Shown: in pieces, positions 54,881 through 64,000 of the stretch
How the letters are laid out: the number at the start of each line of letters is the position of its first letter
Numbering within the stretch: the first letter of the stretch is position 1
Assembly (NCBI GenBank): GCA_046597065.1
Contig: JBKJLI010000003.1
Location: 72,219-136,218 of the forward strand
DNA: 64,000 nt
Direction of reading: 5' to 3'
DNA from: Candidatus Saccharimonadia bacterium
GTDB taxonomy: Bacteria > Patescibacteriota > Saccharimonadia > UBA4664 > SCTI01
Made by a program: the position numbers and the translations under genes
Notes under the pieces: generated by a model
Databases searched by the model: none
The model's input: only the letters and a program-made list of their open reading frames with translations
What the model was told of the DNA's origin: nothing

Positions 54881-57598
54881 ATGTCGAAGAAAGAGCGCTT
54901 GGTTTTGGTGGATGGCAGCGCGGTGTTTCACCGCGGCTATCACGCTATCCCACACCTTTCAAATGCCAGTGGCGAGCCCACCAATGCCACCTATGGCTAC
55001 ACCCTAGCCTTGCTAAAAACCCTGTCAGACTTAAAACCCAAGTACGCCATCGTGGCCTGGGACAAATCTGGCGACACCTTTCGAAAAGATATGTACCCGC
55101 AGTACAAGGCCCACCGCAAAAAGCAGCCCGATGATTTGTATGCTCAAATTCCTGATACCAAAGCCGTTACCGAAGCACTTGGTCTGCCCTGGATTGAGCT
55201 GGAAAAGTTTGAGGCCGATGACATTATTGGCACCTTGGCTCGTCAGGCCGAAGAGCGAGGCTTTGAAACCATAATCGTTAGCGGTGATCGCGATGAGCTG
55301 CAGCTGATTGATAGTAATACCACGGTACAGCTATTTAATCCGGCCAAACGCTCAACCACCACTTATGACCTAGCGGCCATGCAAGATCAGTATGGCTTGA
55401 CCCCACAGCAGTTCATCGACTACAAGGCACTGCTTGGAGATGCTAGTGATAATATTCCGGGCGTCCCCGGTATCGGTGATGTTGGCGCACGCAAGCTGCT
55501 GGCCGAGTATAAAACTTTAGATGGCATTTATGAGAATTTGGATAAAATCAGTGGCAAAGTGCATGACTATCTGGCCGAAAATAAGCAGCTGGCCTACTTG
55601 AGCCTAGAGCTATCTACCATCGTTTTGGATGCGCCGGTAGAGCTCGATTTAAAGCCGGCCACGGTTGGTCATTACGACCGCCAGCAAATCCACGAGCTAT
55701 TTCGCCGCCTGGAGTTCCGCACGCTGCTAGATAAACTTCCACCCGAACTCACCAGTGCCCCAACGTTGTTCGATGATGCAGTAACGGTAGAAAAGGAGCG
55801 CAAGCATCTGAAATCGGCCCGCTATACTGCCGTAACCACACCTAGCCAACTGGCTGATCTGGCTAAGATTCTATACTCGTCCAAGGCTTTTGCATTTGAT
55901 ACCGAAACCACCAGCGTTGATGACAATAGTGCCGAGTTGGTTGGGATCTCCGCCTGTCTTAAAGAGGGTGAAGCTTATTACATCCCGGTTGCCCACAAAC
56001 AAGGGCCACAACTGGGTATGAAAACGGTAATAGAGGCGCTGCGCCCGGCCTTTGAAGATCCTAAAATTGGCAAAGTGGCCCACAATGCCAAATATGATTA
56101 CAAGGTGCTGGCCCGTCATGGGTTAACCCCTAGCCCAATCAGCTTCGACACTATGATCGCGGCCTTCATGCTCAATCCACTAGGACGCAGCCAGTCGCTG
56201 GATAACCTGGCCTATAACGAGTTTGGAATCGAAATGATCCCCATTAGTGATCTAATTGGGAGCGGTCGTAGCCAAACCACTTTCGACCACGTTGATATTG
56301 AGACTGCTACCACTTATGCCGCGGAGGATGCTGACATAACTTGGCGGTTGTATCAACGCATGGCCCCTCAGATCAAAACGGCGGGGCTAACCAAGCTAGC
56401 TGAAACCACCGAGTGGCCTTTAATTGAAGTACTTTCCCAGATGGAGCTAACTGGCATAAAGCTAGATGTCGACTTTTTGCATAATCTGAGCAAAAAGTTT
56501 GCCATCGACATTAAAAAATGTGAGCAAAAAATCTGGGAGGCCGCCGGTGAACAGTTTAATGTTTCATCACCAGCGCAGTTGGCCAACATTTTGTACGAAA
56601 AGTTGGGCCTAGATAAGTCCGGTGTAAAAAAGGGTAAGACCGGCTACAGCACGGCCGCCACCGAGCTCGATAAGCTGCGAGACGCCCATCCCATCATCCC
56701 GCTGATAAGTGAGTTCCGAGAGCTGTCAAAGCTACAGAACACCTACGTCATCACCCTACCGGAACAAGTTGATAAGTACGATCGTGTGCATACCTCATTT
56801 AATCAAACCATTGCCCAAACCGGGCGCCTTAATTCCACCAACCCAAACCTCCAGAATATACCGGTACGCACAGGAGTGGGCCGCCAAATTAGAACCGCCT
56901 TTATAGCGCCCAAGGGCCGGGTGCTGATAAGCGCCGACTATTCTCAAATTGAGCTACGAGTGGCAGCAGCGCTTAGTGAAGACCAGGGTATGATTGACAC
57001 CTTTAAGCAGGGGATCGATCTACACTTGCAGACCGCCTCGGAGCTATTTAACGTTCCGCTGGATAAGGTAACCAAAGAGCAGCGCTACAGCTCTAAAACC
57101 ATCAACTTTGGCGTGCTTTACGGCCAAACCGCCCATGGCCTGAGCGTTTCCACCGGCATGACGCGCGAAGAGGCCGCCGTCTTTATTGAACGCTATTTTG
57201 AGTTACGTAAAACTCTTAAAGACTACATCGAGGGCTTAAAAGAGTTTGGCCGTAAGCATGGCTACACCGAAACCCTTTTAGGGCGCCGCCGACCTTGCCC
57301 CGAGATAACATCGAGCAATTTTATGATCCGTAGTGCTGCTGAGCGCATTGCCGTAAACGTACCAATTCAAGGCACCGCTGCCGACATTATGAAGATGGCC
57401 ATGGTCGCATTAATGCCTCAACTGCCCAAGGGAGCCGACCTACTATTACAAATTCACGATGAACTAATTGTGGAGTGTGACCAGACGCAGTCAGAAGAGG
57501 TTGAGGCCATTATGAAAGAAGTAATGGAGAGCGTTTACGATTTGGGTGTACCGATTGTTGTTGATACCGATAGCGGCCACAATTGGGGCGAGCTCTAG
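54881..57598 (+). CDS. polA: DNA polymerase I
   Basis: 5'-3' exonuclease, 3'-5' exonuclease and polymerase domains (motif A DYSQIELR, motif B RRxxKxxNFGxxYG, motif C HDE). Confidence 0.95.
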   Translation: MSKKERLVLVDGSAVFHRGYHAIPHLSNASGEPTNATYGYTLALLKTLSDLKPKYAIVAWDKSGDTFRKDMYPQYKAHRKKQPDDLYAQIPDTKAVTEALGLPWIELEKFEADDIIGTLARQAEERGFETIIVSGDRDELQLIDSNTTVQLFNPAKRSTTTYDLAAMQDQYGLTPQQFIDYKALLGDASDNIPGVPGIGDVGARKLLAEYKTLDGIYENLDKISGKVHDYLAENKQLAYLSLELSTIVLDAPVELDLKPATVGHYDRQQIHELFRRLEFRTLLDKLPPELTSAPTLFDDAVTVEKERKHLKSARYTAVTTPSQLADLAKILYSSKAFAFDTETTSVDDNSAELVGISACLKEGEAYYIPVAHKQGPQLGMKTVIEALRPAFEDPKIGKVAHNAKYDYKVLARHGLTPSPISFDTMIAAFMLNPLGRSQSLDNLAYNEFGIEMIPISDLIGSGRSQTTFDHVDIETATTYAAEDADITWRLYQRMAPQIKTAGLTKLAETTEWPLIEVLSQMELTGIKLDVDFLHNLSKKFAIDIKKCEQKIWEAAGEQFNVSSPAQLANILYEKLGLDKSGVKKGKTGYSTAATELDKLRDAHPIIPLISEFRELSKLQNTYVITLPEQVDKYDRVHTSFNQTIAQTGRLNSTNPNLQNIPVRTGVGRQIRTAFIAPKGRVLISADYSQIELRVAAALSEDQGMIDTFKQGIDLHLQTASELFNVPLDKVTKEQRYSSKTINFGVLYGQTAHGLSVSTGMTREEAAVFIERYFELRKTLKDYIEGLKEFGRKHGYTETLLGRRRPCPEITSSNFMIRSAAERIAVNVPIQGTAADIMKMAMVALMPQLPKGADLLLQIHDELIVECDQTQSEEVEAIMKEVMESVYDLGVPIVVDTDSGHNWGEL

Positions 57599-57673
57599 CT
57601 AAACCTAAAGTCGACTTTACTAGCGCTGGCTGCTAGCCTTAGCGTACATTGAGCGGGTAACAACGGAGTATTA

Positions 57674-58387
57674 ATGAGCCACGAAGTTAAAATCCATGAA
57701 GCCCAAATCAGCATTCTGCGAGAGCTCTTATTTGTGCCCGAAGCTGGGTACGCCGATCTGCAAAAGCCCACCGGCTTAACCAGCGATCATTTTAACTTTC
57801 ACATTTCGCGGCTGGTCGAAATTGGCTTGGTCGAAAAGGTTGGTCGTGGCCGTTACCGCCTGACCCACAAGGGCAAGGAGTACTCAAATAAGCTTGATAC
57901 CGATGCCAACACCATTGAACGCCAGCCCAAGGTGGCGGTGCTACTGGCGGTCGAACGCATGCATGAAGGCACCAAGCAGCTACTGTTCCAGCAGCGCACC
58001 AAGAATCCGTTTTACGGTTACTGGGGTTTTCCTACCGGCAAAATGCGCTGGGGCGAAACCATTATTGAAACTGCCGGCCGCGAGCTAATGGAAGAGACCA
58101 ATCTTGAGGCCGATTACAAGATCGCCGGCGTTTACCATGAGCACGCCTATTTAGAAGGGCAGGCAGAGGCGGTAGAGGATAAGGTGTTCTTTGTAGTGCA
58201 CTGCACTAATGTGCGAGGTGAGTTGCTCGAAAAGTATGAAGGTGGCTTAAACCGCTGGGTGACACCCAACGAGGCGCGCAAGTTTGATAAACGATATACC
58301 AGCTTTGAAACCGAGATCGAAATGATCATGGGCACCAAGGGTGTGTTTGTTGAAGAAACACATCACTATACCAAAGATCAGTTTTAG
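57674..58387 (+). CDS. NUDIX hydrolase with an N-terminal winged-helix domain
   Basis: Nudix box GFPTGKMRWGETIIETAGRELMEETNLE. N-terminal wHTH (ISILRELLFVPEAGYADLQ...RLVEIGLVEK). Confidence 0.75.
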   Translation: MSHEVKIHEAQISILRELLFVPEAGYADLQKPTGLTSDHFNFHISRLVEIGLVEKVGRGRYRLTHKGKEYSNKLDTDANTIERQPKVAVLLAVERMHEGTKQLLFQQRTKNPFYGYWGFPTGKMRWGETIIETAGRELMEETNLEADYKIAGVYHEHAYLEGQAEAVEDKVFFVVHCTNVRGELLEKYEGGLNRWVTPNEARKFDKRYTSFETEIEMIMGTKGVFVEETHHYTKDQF

Positions 58388-58397
58388 TACTTAAGTA

Positions 58398-58421
58398 GCA
58401 AAAACCCCACCCGAGTGGGCA
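58398..58421 (-). terminator. Rho-independent terminator on the minus strand
   Basis: Minus strand reads CCCACTCGGGTGGGGTTTTTG, directly downstream of the 71-aa minus-strand ORF. Confidence 0.55.
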
Positions 58422-58444
58422 GGGAATCTGCTACTCAGATGGGG

Positions 58445-58660
58445 CTAGTTGGCCGACGGTCCACCGACCTCGCTCGGCTTGAGCTTGTGAGTCAGGTAGG
58501 CCGGAGCCTGAGGTCCACCGGGGTGGGGGTGGCGGCTGACATGTGAAGACGGGGTCTTGTGCGACGTGTCCTTGCTGGGGTGCTTGTCGTTGCCGAGCAT
58601 GATCACGAATATCGACAAGAGCGTGATGAACATTGCCATCGGGATTGCTTGAGATTCCAC
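58445..58660 (-). CDS. Small membrane protein (71 aa) in a GC-rich islet
   Basis: N-terminal TM helix (MAMFITLLSIFVIMLG) then a Pro/His-rich tail. Has its own terminator. Confidence 0.35.
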   Translation of the reverse strand: MESQAIPMAMFITLLSIFVIMLGNDKHPSKDTSHKTPSSHVSRHPHPGGPQAPAYLTHKLKPSEVGGPSAN

Positions 58661-59000
58661 AATTGCCTCCTATCTGAGGCTAGCGGGGGATGGGTTGCCC
58701 AGTTAGGGCCTGTACTCAGGGTTACCCTTTCGTCAGACCTTCTGCAGGAGCAGCAGGCCGATGATCGCGGATGCAACCAGGGCACCAATGTACCCGGGGT
58801 GGTCCATGAAGTAATTGTCGATGCGATTACGCATCAGACCCTCCTTGGTCGGTTCCACGAACAAATTTGTTCGTGTTTGGTTGTCAGAAGATGGGCTAAC
58901 CATCTCAGTACATCTCGAAAGATAAGCCCAATGATACCACTAAAGCTTATAATAGTCAATAGCTCAACAGATGATGCGCCTTCTTGGTATACTGAAACTC

Positions 59001-59900
59001 ATGCCAGAGTTACCAGAAGTTGAAACCATTCGCCGCGGCCTCAGCCAAACCATCGTTGGGCTGGCGATTGTTGACGTCGAAGCACTACACCCCAAATCTC
59101 TGCAGGCTCGAGCTGAGCTAGTTGATGAAGAGGCGATTGGGGCGATCATCACTGGCTTGGAGCGCTACGGCAAAGTACTGGTTATAAACCTAAGTTCGAA
59201 TTACAGCTTGCTGATACATCTTAAGATGACCGGCCAGATGGTATTGGTGCGAAAAGACGGCGATCGTTATGCCGGCGGCCACCCTACCAAGAGCATGGCC
59301 GATGATTTGCCCGACAAAAGCACAAAAGTAATATTTCGACTATCGGATGGCAGTACGTTGTACTTTAATGATCAGCGCATTTTTGGATGGATAAAGTTAG
59401 TACCAACCGTGGATGTGCCTCGTGACGCTTTAATTTCTCGTTTGGGGCCAGAGCCTCTGACCAAACTCTTTGAGTTAAAGCCGTTTGCGGAGATATTGGC
59501 TCGGCGCCCAAAATCGCCGATTAAGGCCGTCATTCTTGATCAGTCTACGGTCGCCGGCGTAGGCAACATTTACGCCGATGAGTCACTGCATTTGGCTAAA
59601 ATACACCCCGCCATCATGGCAGGCGAGCTCAAGCCTGCTCAGATCAAACGATTATACGAGGCCATCAAAACCATAATTGCCCTGGGCGTTAAACACGGCG
59701 GCACCAGCTTTACTAGTTACGTTGACGCCCTGGGCGGCACCGGTGATTATCTGCATCACGCACGGGTGTTTCGCCGCCAAGGACAAACCTGCCCGGTATG
59801 TGGAACCGTTATTATTAAAACTCGTGTAGCCGGTCGTGGCACCCACCTGTGCCCCAAGTGCCAACCAATTCCGCGGGTTGTAGCAGGAGCAATAGAATGA
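59001..59900 (+). CDS. mutM: Formamidopyrimidine-DNA glycosylase
   Basis: MPELPEVE N-terminus (catalytic Pro2/Glu3), H2TH, and a C-terminal zinc finger CPVCG...CPKCQ. Confidence 0.9.
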   Translation: MPELPEVETIRRGLSQTIVGLAIVDVEALHPKSLQARAELVDEEAIGAIITGLERYGKVLVINLSSNYSLLIHLKMTGQMVLVRKDGDRYAGGHPTKSMADDLPDKSTKVIFRLSDGSTLYFNDQRIFGWIKLVPTVDVPRDALISRLGPEPLTKLFELKPFAEILARRPKSPIKAVILDQSTVAGVGNIYADESLHLAKIHPAIMAGELKPAQIKRLYEAIKTIIALGVKHGGTSFTSYVDALGGTGDYLHHARVFRRQGQTCPVCGTVIIKTRVAGRGTHLCPKCQPIPRVVAGAIE

Positions 59901-60850
59901 TCTTCTTTTTTTACGGTCCCAACAGCTTCGGTGCCCGGCAACAGATTGCCAAGTTAACCAAACAGTACATCGGTAAAACCGGCAGCGACATGGGCCTTGA
60001 ACGTATTGATGGTGCCCGCATAACCATTGGTGAGCTTCAGTCTAGCCTGCAAGCCTCGCCATTTTTGGCCACCAGCCGTTTGGTTATAGTCGAGGATCTT
60101 GGCGCCAATAAAGCAGTCGCGCCCAAAATTGCAGCTATTGCTACGGGAATACCCAACACTACCGTGGCAGTATTTTATGATCCGTCTGTCGACCAACGGA
60201 CAACCTACTTTAAAGACATCAAAGCGATCGCAAAGGTGGTGGAGTTCGGGGAGCTTGATCGTGGCAAACTGCAGCGCTGGATTGCACAAACCGTAGAAGA
60301 CCACAATGCCACCATTGAGCGCCCAGCAGTTGGCCGCTTACTAGAGCGCGCTGGCGATGACCAGTGGCGGCTCAGCACCGAAATTTCCAAACTGGCCGAG
60401 TATGCCAACCCCATCACCGTTGCAGCAGTAGAGGAGCAGGTAGAACTTAGCCCCACCGATAGTGTTTTTGATTTGGCCGAAGCAGTGACAGCCGGCCACC
60501 AATCTGTTGCTCTCGAAATTTACGCTAATCTACGCCATGCCGGCAACCATGAAACCTACATTTTAAGCATGCTAATTTGGCAGATGCGTAATTTGATAAT
60601 GGCCAAAGCTGCCGGTAAAATCAGCGCCCCGGCCTTGGCCAAAACCGCCAGTATGTCGCCGTATGTGGCCTCTAAAATGCTGGCCAAGCGCCATCTGTTT
60701 AATGAGTCTGCCTTAAAGCAGTCATTTTTACAGGCGGTAGATCTGGATTATCGGATTAAAACCGGTGACATCGACGCTAATCTTGGGGTCGAACAGCTGA
60801 TTGTCGAACTCAGTCAGCGTTTTCAGGCAGGCGCTAATCGCCGCTCTTAA
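59897..60850 (+). CDS. holA: DNA polymerase III delta subunit
   Basis: MIFFFYGPNSF... N-terminus. ATGA overlap with mutM. Delta-subunit-like three-domain pattern. Confidence 0.75.
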   Translation: MIFFFYGPNSFGARQQIAKLTKQYIGKTGSDMGLERIDGARITIGELQSSLQASPFLATSRLVIVEDLGANKAVAPKIAAIATGIPNTTVAVFYDPSVDQRTTYFKDIKAIAKVVEFGELDRGKLQRWIAQTVEDHNATIERPAVGRLLERAGDDQWRLSTEISKLAEYANPITVAAVEEQVELSPTDSVFDLAEAVTAGHQSVALEIYANLRHAGNHETYILSMLIWQMRNLIMAKAAGKISAPALAKTASMSPYVASKMLAKRHLFNESALKQSFLQAVDLDYRIKTGDIDANLGVEQLIVELSQRFQAGANRRS

Positions 60851-61028
60851 GTAAAGCTAGTAGTCGCTCAACCTCGGCCAATTTTTCTTGTATTCGATTT
60901 AACTCGCCACGAGCCAGCCAAATATTATCCGGTGTGGTGGCATAATCACGTAAAATTTTAAGATGTTCACCAAGCTCGGCGGTTAGTTCAATCACCTGAG
61001 CGCGGGACTCGTCGCCGCTAGTTTTCAT
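60834..61028 (-). CDS. Hypothetical small coiled-coil protein
   Basis: 64-aa ORF, convergent with holA. No motif. Confidence 0.3.
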   Translation of the reverse strand: MKTSGDESRAQVIELTAELGEHLKILRDYATTPDNIWLARGELNRIQEKLAEVERLLALLKSGD

Positions 61029-61057
61029 ACTTGCTAGTTTATCAGATCTGGGGATGG

Positions 61058-61447
61058 CTACTTGGTGGCTTTGGGCTTGGTAGCGGCTTTGGCCGGCTTT
61101 TTAGCCGCAGCCTTGGGAGCGGCCTTTTTGGCGGCGGGCTTAGCGACTGCCTTTTTTACGACCGGCTTGGGCTTGCCACCAGTTAAAATTAACGGGTTAG
61201 CGGCGCGGGTTAACTGCGACTTGCGTCGTGCGGCGGTATTACGGTGAATGGTACCTTTTTTAACCGCGCGGTCGATTTCGCTGATAGCCTCGCGCAAGCG
61301 TTCATGGGTCAGCTTGGCGTCACCAGCCTCAACAGCAACCTGAAACAGCCGCACATCCTCGTGGATAGCGCGCTTAATCTGGAGGTTACGGCTGCGGCGC
61401 TTGGCCGACTGCCGGACTCGCTTAATGGCTGAAGCAATAATCGGCAT
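61058..61447 (-). CDS. rpsT: 30S ribosomal protein S20 with an Ala/Lys-rich C-terminal extension
   Basis: MPIIASAIKRVRQSAKRRSRN... S20 core followed by an AKKAAPKAAAKKPAK tail. Start moved to Met44 of the ORF-track frame. Confidence 0.85.
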   Translation of the reverse strand: MPIIASAIKRVRQSAKRRSRNLQIKRAIHEDVRLFQVAVEAGDAKLTHERLREAISEIDRAVKKGTIHRNTAARRKSQLTRAANPLILTGGKPKPVVKKAVAKPAAKKAAPKAAAKKPAKAATKPKATK

Positions 61448-61591
61448 AACTCGCAAAACTATACCTGAAAAGTGGGGGACTGTAAAGATAAACTTTGGGG
61501 CGATTTGCTGAGCCACATAAGCATAAGCGATGTACCAGATCTTGACAGATGGGGCAAAATGAGCTATTATATTCAATTCTAAGTCAAACCT

Positions 61592-62713
61592 ATGGATAAA
61601 GAACTAACTCCCAAACAACAGACCTCAGAGGCCCTGCGCCAAGCCGAAACCGTGCTGATTTTAACCGGTCAGCACCCGTCGGTGGATCAAGTCGCCTCCG
61701 CCACCGCTTTGGGGTCGATCCTACGTAAGTTTGGTAAAAAGGCCACCACCGTAATTAGCGATGAGATACCGGCCACCGCTCGCTTTCTGCCCTTAACTGG
61801 TGTTAGCTCTCAGCTCGAAGGCCTACGTGATTTTATTGTTAGCCTTGATATGCGCCAGTCACAAGTTGACCAGGTTAAATATAGTATTTCCAACCAAAAG
61901 CTAAATATTCAGGTTACACCTTATACCGGAGGATTTACCCAAAAAGATGTTAGCTATAGCCATGGAGACTACCACTTTGATTTAGTCGTTGTACTTGGGG
62001 TAGCAAGCTACTCGCGGATTGATCGCGTTTACGCCCATAATGCCGAACTGCTCCGGACCATCCCGCTAATAAACATCGATTATCACCGTAGCAACGAACA
62101 GTTTGGCGCCATTAACCTGATTGAGCCAACCGCCGCTAGTTTGGGTGAAATTCTAATTGCGCTTTCTGAATCGCTGCAAAGTGGGATGATAGATGCCGAT
62201 ATTGCCACCACCATGCTGGCCGGGATTATGTCGGCAACCGACCGCTTTACTGCAAGCCACACCACCGCCAAAGCGCTGACCGTGGCGGCTCAAATGATTG
62301 CCATGGGAGCCGATCAGCCGGCAGTTGTCCGGGGTTTATATCGCAACCCTAAGCCGGCTAGTAACCAGGCTCAACCAGCTCGCGAAAAGCCGCCGGTTGC
62401 CACTCAGCCTGCACCACAGCCAAAGGTTGATATCAAGCCTGAGGTCACAGTTACACCCGAAGCACAGGTTACTTCAGCGCCCCTAACCGAAGACGGCCCC
62501 AGTTTTGAAGAAGTTGAACCTTTTGGTCCAGAAGTTGATTTTGGTGATTCACAAGCCAACCTGCCCTTAGCTGATGAAGCCCCCAGCCATTCGCTGCTAG
62601 AGCCGTTGGTTAATCATGAGCCAATAGAGAAAATAACGGCTACTGAAACGCTATCGGCTGTTAAAGCTCCTAACCCAACCAACAACCCAGTACTGATTGA
62701 TCGCTCTAACTGA
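61592..62713 (+). CDS. DHH-family phosphoesterase (NrnA-like nanoRNase/pAp phosphatase) with a Pro/Ala-rich C-terminal tail
   Basis: DHH-family motifs (LILTGQHPSVD; NIDYHRSN; GGGH-like region). Confidence 0.7.
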   Translation: MDKELTPKQQTSEALRQAETVLILTGQHPSVDQVASATALGSILRKFGKKATTVISDEIPATARFLPLTGVSSQLEGLRDFIVSLDMRQSQVDQVKYSISNQKLNIQVTPYTGGFTQKDVSYSHGDYHFDLVVVLGVASYSRIDRVYAHNAELLRTIPLINIDYHRSNEQFGAINLIEPTAASLGEILIALSESLQSGMIDADIATTMLAGIMSATDRFTASHTTAKALTVAAQMIAMGADQPAVVRGLYRNPKPASNQAQPAREKPPVATQPAPQPKVDIKPEVTVTPEAQVTSAPLTEDGPSFEEVEPFGPEVDFGDSQANLPLADEAPSHSLLEPLVNHEPIEKITATETLSAVKAPNPTNNPVLIDRSN

Positions 62714-62725
62714 TACAGTTAGTTC

Positions 62726-63409
62726 ATGAATTCTCATGATCCTAGTGGCATGCTGCTGATAGACAAGCCAGCTGGCATTAGCTCGTTCGATATCATTCGA
62801 AAACTCCGAACCCAAACCGGGCTGCGCAAGTTCGGCCATGCTGGCACTCTTGATCCGGCCGCTACCGGCCTGATGATTATTTTGGTTGGTTCGGCCACCA
62901 AACAAGCTACTAAATTAATTGGTTTAGATAAAACTTATATTGGCGAAATAACTCTTGGCCTGACTTCATCGACCGGAGATAGAGAGGGGGAGCTTAGTCC
63001 GGTTTCGGATATTCGGCCCAGCCAAACGCAAGTTATAGCGGCACTGGCCTCATTTAAGGGCGAAATCACCCAAACTCCATCGCAGTATTCGGCCATCAAG
63101 ATCCGTGGGCAGGAGGCCTATAAACGAGCTCGTAAGGGTGAGAAGTTTGAAATGCCGAGTCGAGTTGTGCAAATTCGAACAATCGAGTTGCTCAGTTATA
63201 TCTACCCCAAAATATCGTTCTGCACCGAAGTTTCAAGTGGCACCTATATCCGCAGTCTAGCCGCCGATATTGGCAGTCAGCTTGGTACTGGCGCTTATCT
63301 TAGCGCACTTAAGCGCACCACTATTGGGCCCTACCAACTTGAGCAAGCCCATACATTAGATCAGATCGATGCAAGTAGCCTTAATAACTATTTAATGAAA
63401 TTTCTATAA
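62726..63409 (+). CDS. truB: tRNA pseudouridine(55) synthase
   Basis: LLIDKPAGISSFDIIRKLR...GHAGTLDPAATGLMII (catalytic Asp). Confidence 0.9.
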   Translation: MNSHDPSGMLLIDKPAGISSFDIIRKLRTQTGLRKFGHAGTLDPAATGLMIILVGSATKQATKLIGLDKTYIGEITLGLTSSTGDREGELSPVSDIRPSQTQVIAALASFKGEITQTPSQYSAIKIRGQEAYKRARKGEKFEMPSRVVQIRTIELLSYIYPKISFCTEVSSGTYIRSLAADIGSQLGTGAYLSALKRTTIGPYQLEQAHTLDQIDASSLNNYLMKFL

Positions 63410-63534
63410 GCTTAGACTTTCTATTTTACGCCCATTAGAACAGAAGAAATAGACTTGTTAGTACGGTTTATGTTCGGTAACATAGACGCTAAAGAGGTCA
63501 ATAAGATACAATTAACACCAATAAAGGATGGCTT

Positions 63535-63807
63535 ATGGCGCTAACCGCAAATGACCTCAACCAAATCAAAATCGGAATTGCTGATGTTACTGAACCGCAG
63601 TTTGCCGACACCAATCATAAGATAGATCTTAAGTTTGGCCAGTTACGTAGTGATCTTGATAATCTTTCGTCGGCAACCAATCGCAAATTCCATGCCTTGT
63701 TTACCGATGTAGCCATGAACCGAGAGGATTTACACGTGGTTAAGCAGTTGGTTACCGAACACGGTTTTCGGATTGCTCGTCTTGAGAATAAACCGCCGAG
63801 CGAATGA
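63535..63807 (+). CDS. Hypothetical protein
   Basis: 90-aa ORF. No motif. Confidence 0.3.
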   Translation: MALTANDLNQIKIGIADVTEPQFADTNHKIDLKFGQLRSDLDNLSSATNRKFHALFTDVAMNREDLHVVKQLVTEHGFRIARLENKPPSE

Positions 63808-63855
63808 GCCGCTTAAGGTTGCAATCACATCAAGAAATTGATACAATTCTCGGAC

Positions 63856-64000
63856 AATGTTGAAGACAGACCACAAAAACAAGGTTATTTCGGCCAACCA
63901 AACTCACAAGAAGGACACCGGTTCACCCGAGGTTCAGATTAGTATTTTTACGACCCAAATTACCGAACTAACCAAGCACTTGCAGACCCACAAAAAAGAT
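63856..64000 (+). CDS. rpsO: 30S ribosomal protein S15, partial (runs off the right edge)
   Basis: [48 protein letters not shown] matches the S15 N-terminal helices. Confidence 0.85.

Overview
The window has a roughly 48% GC backbone whose gene content looks like a reduced-genome Patescibacteria/Saccharibacteria-type organism, but that lineage assignment is an inference. Backbone genes include valS, tsaD, two tandem FemAB-family genes, a MurE-like ligase, groES/groEL, dnaG-rpoD, polA, fpg, holA, rpsT, truB, rpsO, comFC and Hsp20.

Several accessory blocks sit in this backbone:
- 1-8880: the left edge of a conjugative/type IV secretion-like locus. It holds a partial PrgI/VirB3-like gene, two tandem VirB6/TrbL-like giant membrane proteins, and a translationally coupled array of 8 paralogous small two-transmembrane pilin-like genes.
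- 11887-13107 and 28774-28863: five tRNA genes (Ser-TGA, Arg-GCG as read, Ser-CGA, Ser-GCT, Ser-GGA). An 18-nt perfect palindrome occurs twice in a tRNA spacer and once inside valS.
- 28864-about 46913: an integrated prophage-like island directly 3' of tRNA-Ser(GGA). It carries a large serine recombinase, a TerS-like gene, two tandem TerL-like paralogs, two DNA methyltransferases (one fused to ParB), an HNH endonuclease, a CI/LexA-like repressor and a Cro-like gene. A GC-rich (about 62%) insert encodes pyrD-pyrF-pyrE (pyrE interrupted by an in-frame TGA). The island also carries a complete diversity-generating retroelement: a target gene with a 125-bp VR, a 125-bp TR with 21 adenine-specific differences, avd, and a DGR-type reverse transcriptase followed by a coupled zinc-ribbon protein.
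- 53750-54770 and 58430-58880: further GC-rich islets. The first encodes an Rpf-like transglycosylase and a secreted SLT-like protein behind a candidate c-di-AMP (ydaO-type) riboswitch; the second encodes two small hydrophobic-peptide ORFs, one with its own terminator.
- 24427-25125, 25146-25789 and about 10548-10920: three GC-rich, apparently non-coding units (two with a promoter and terminator on the plus strand, one with a terminator on the minus strand) that I could not assign to a known RNA family.
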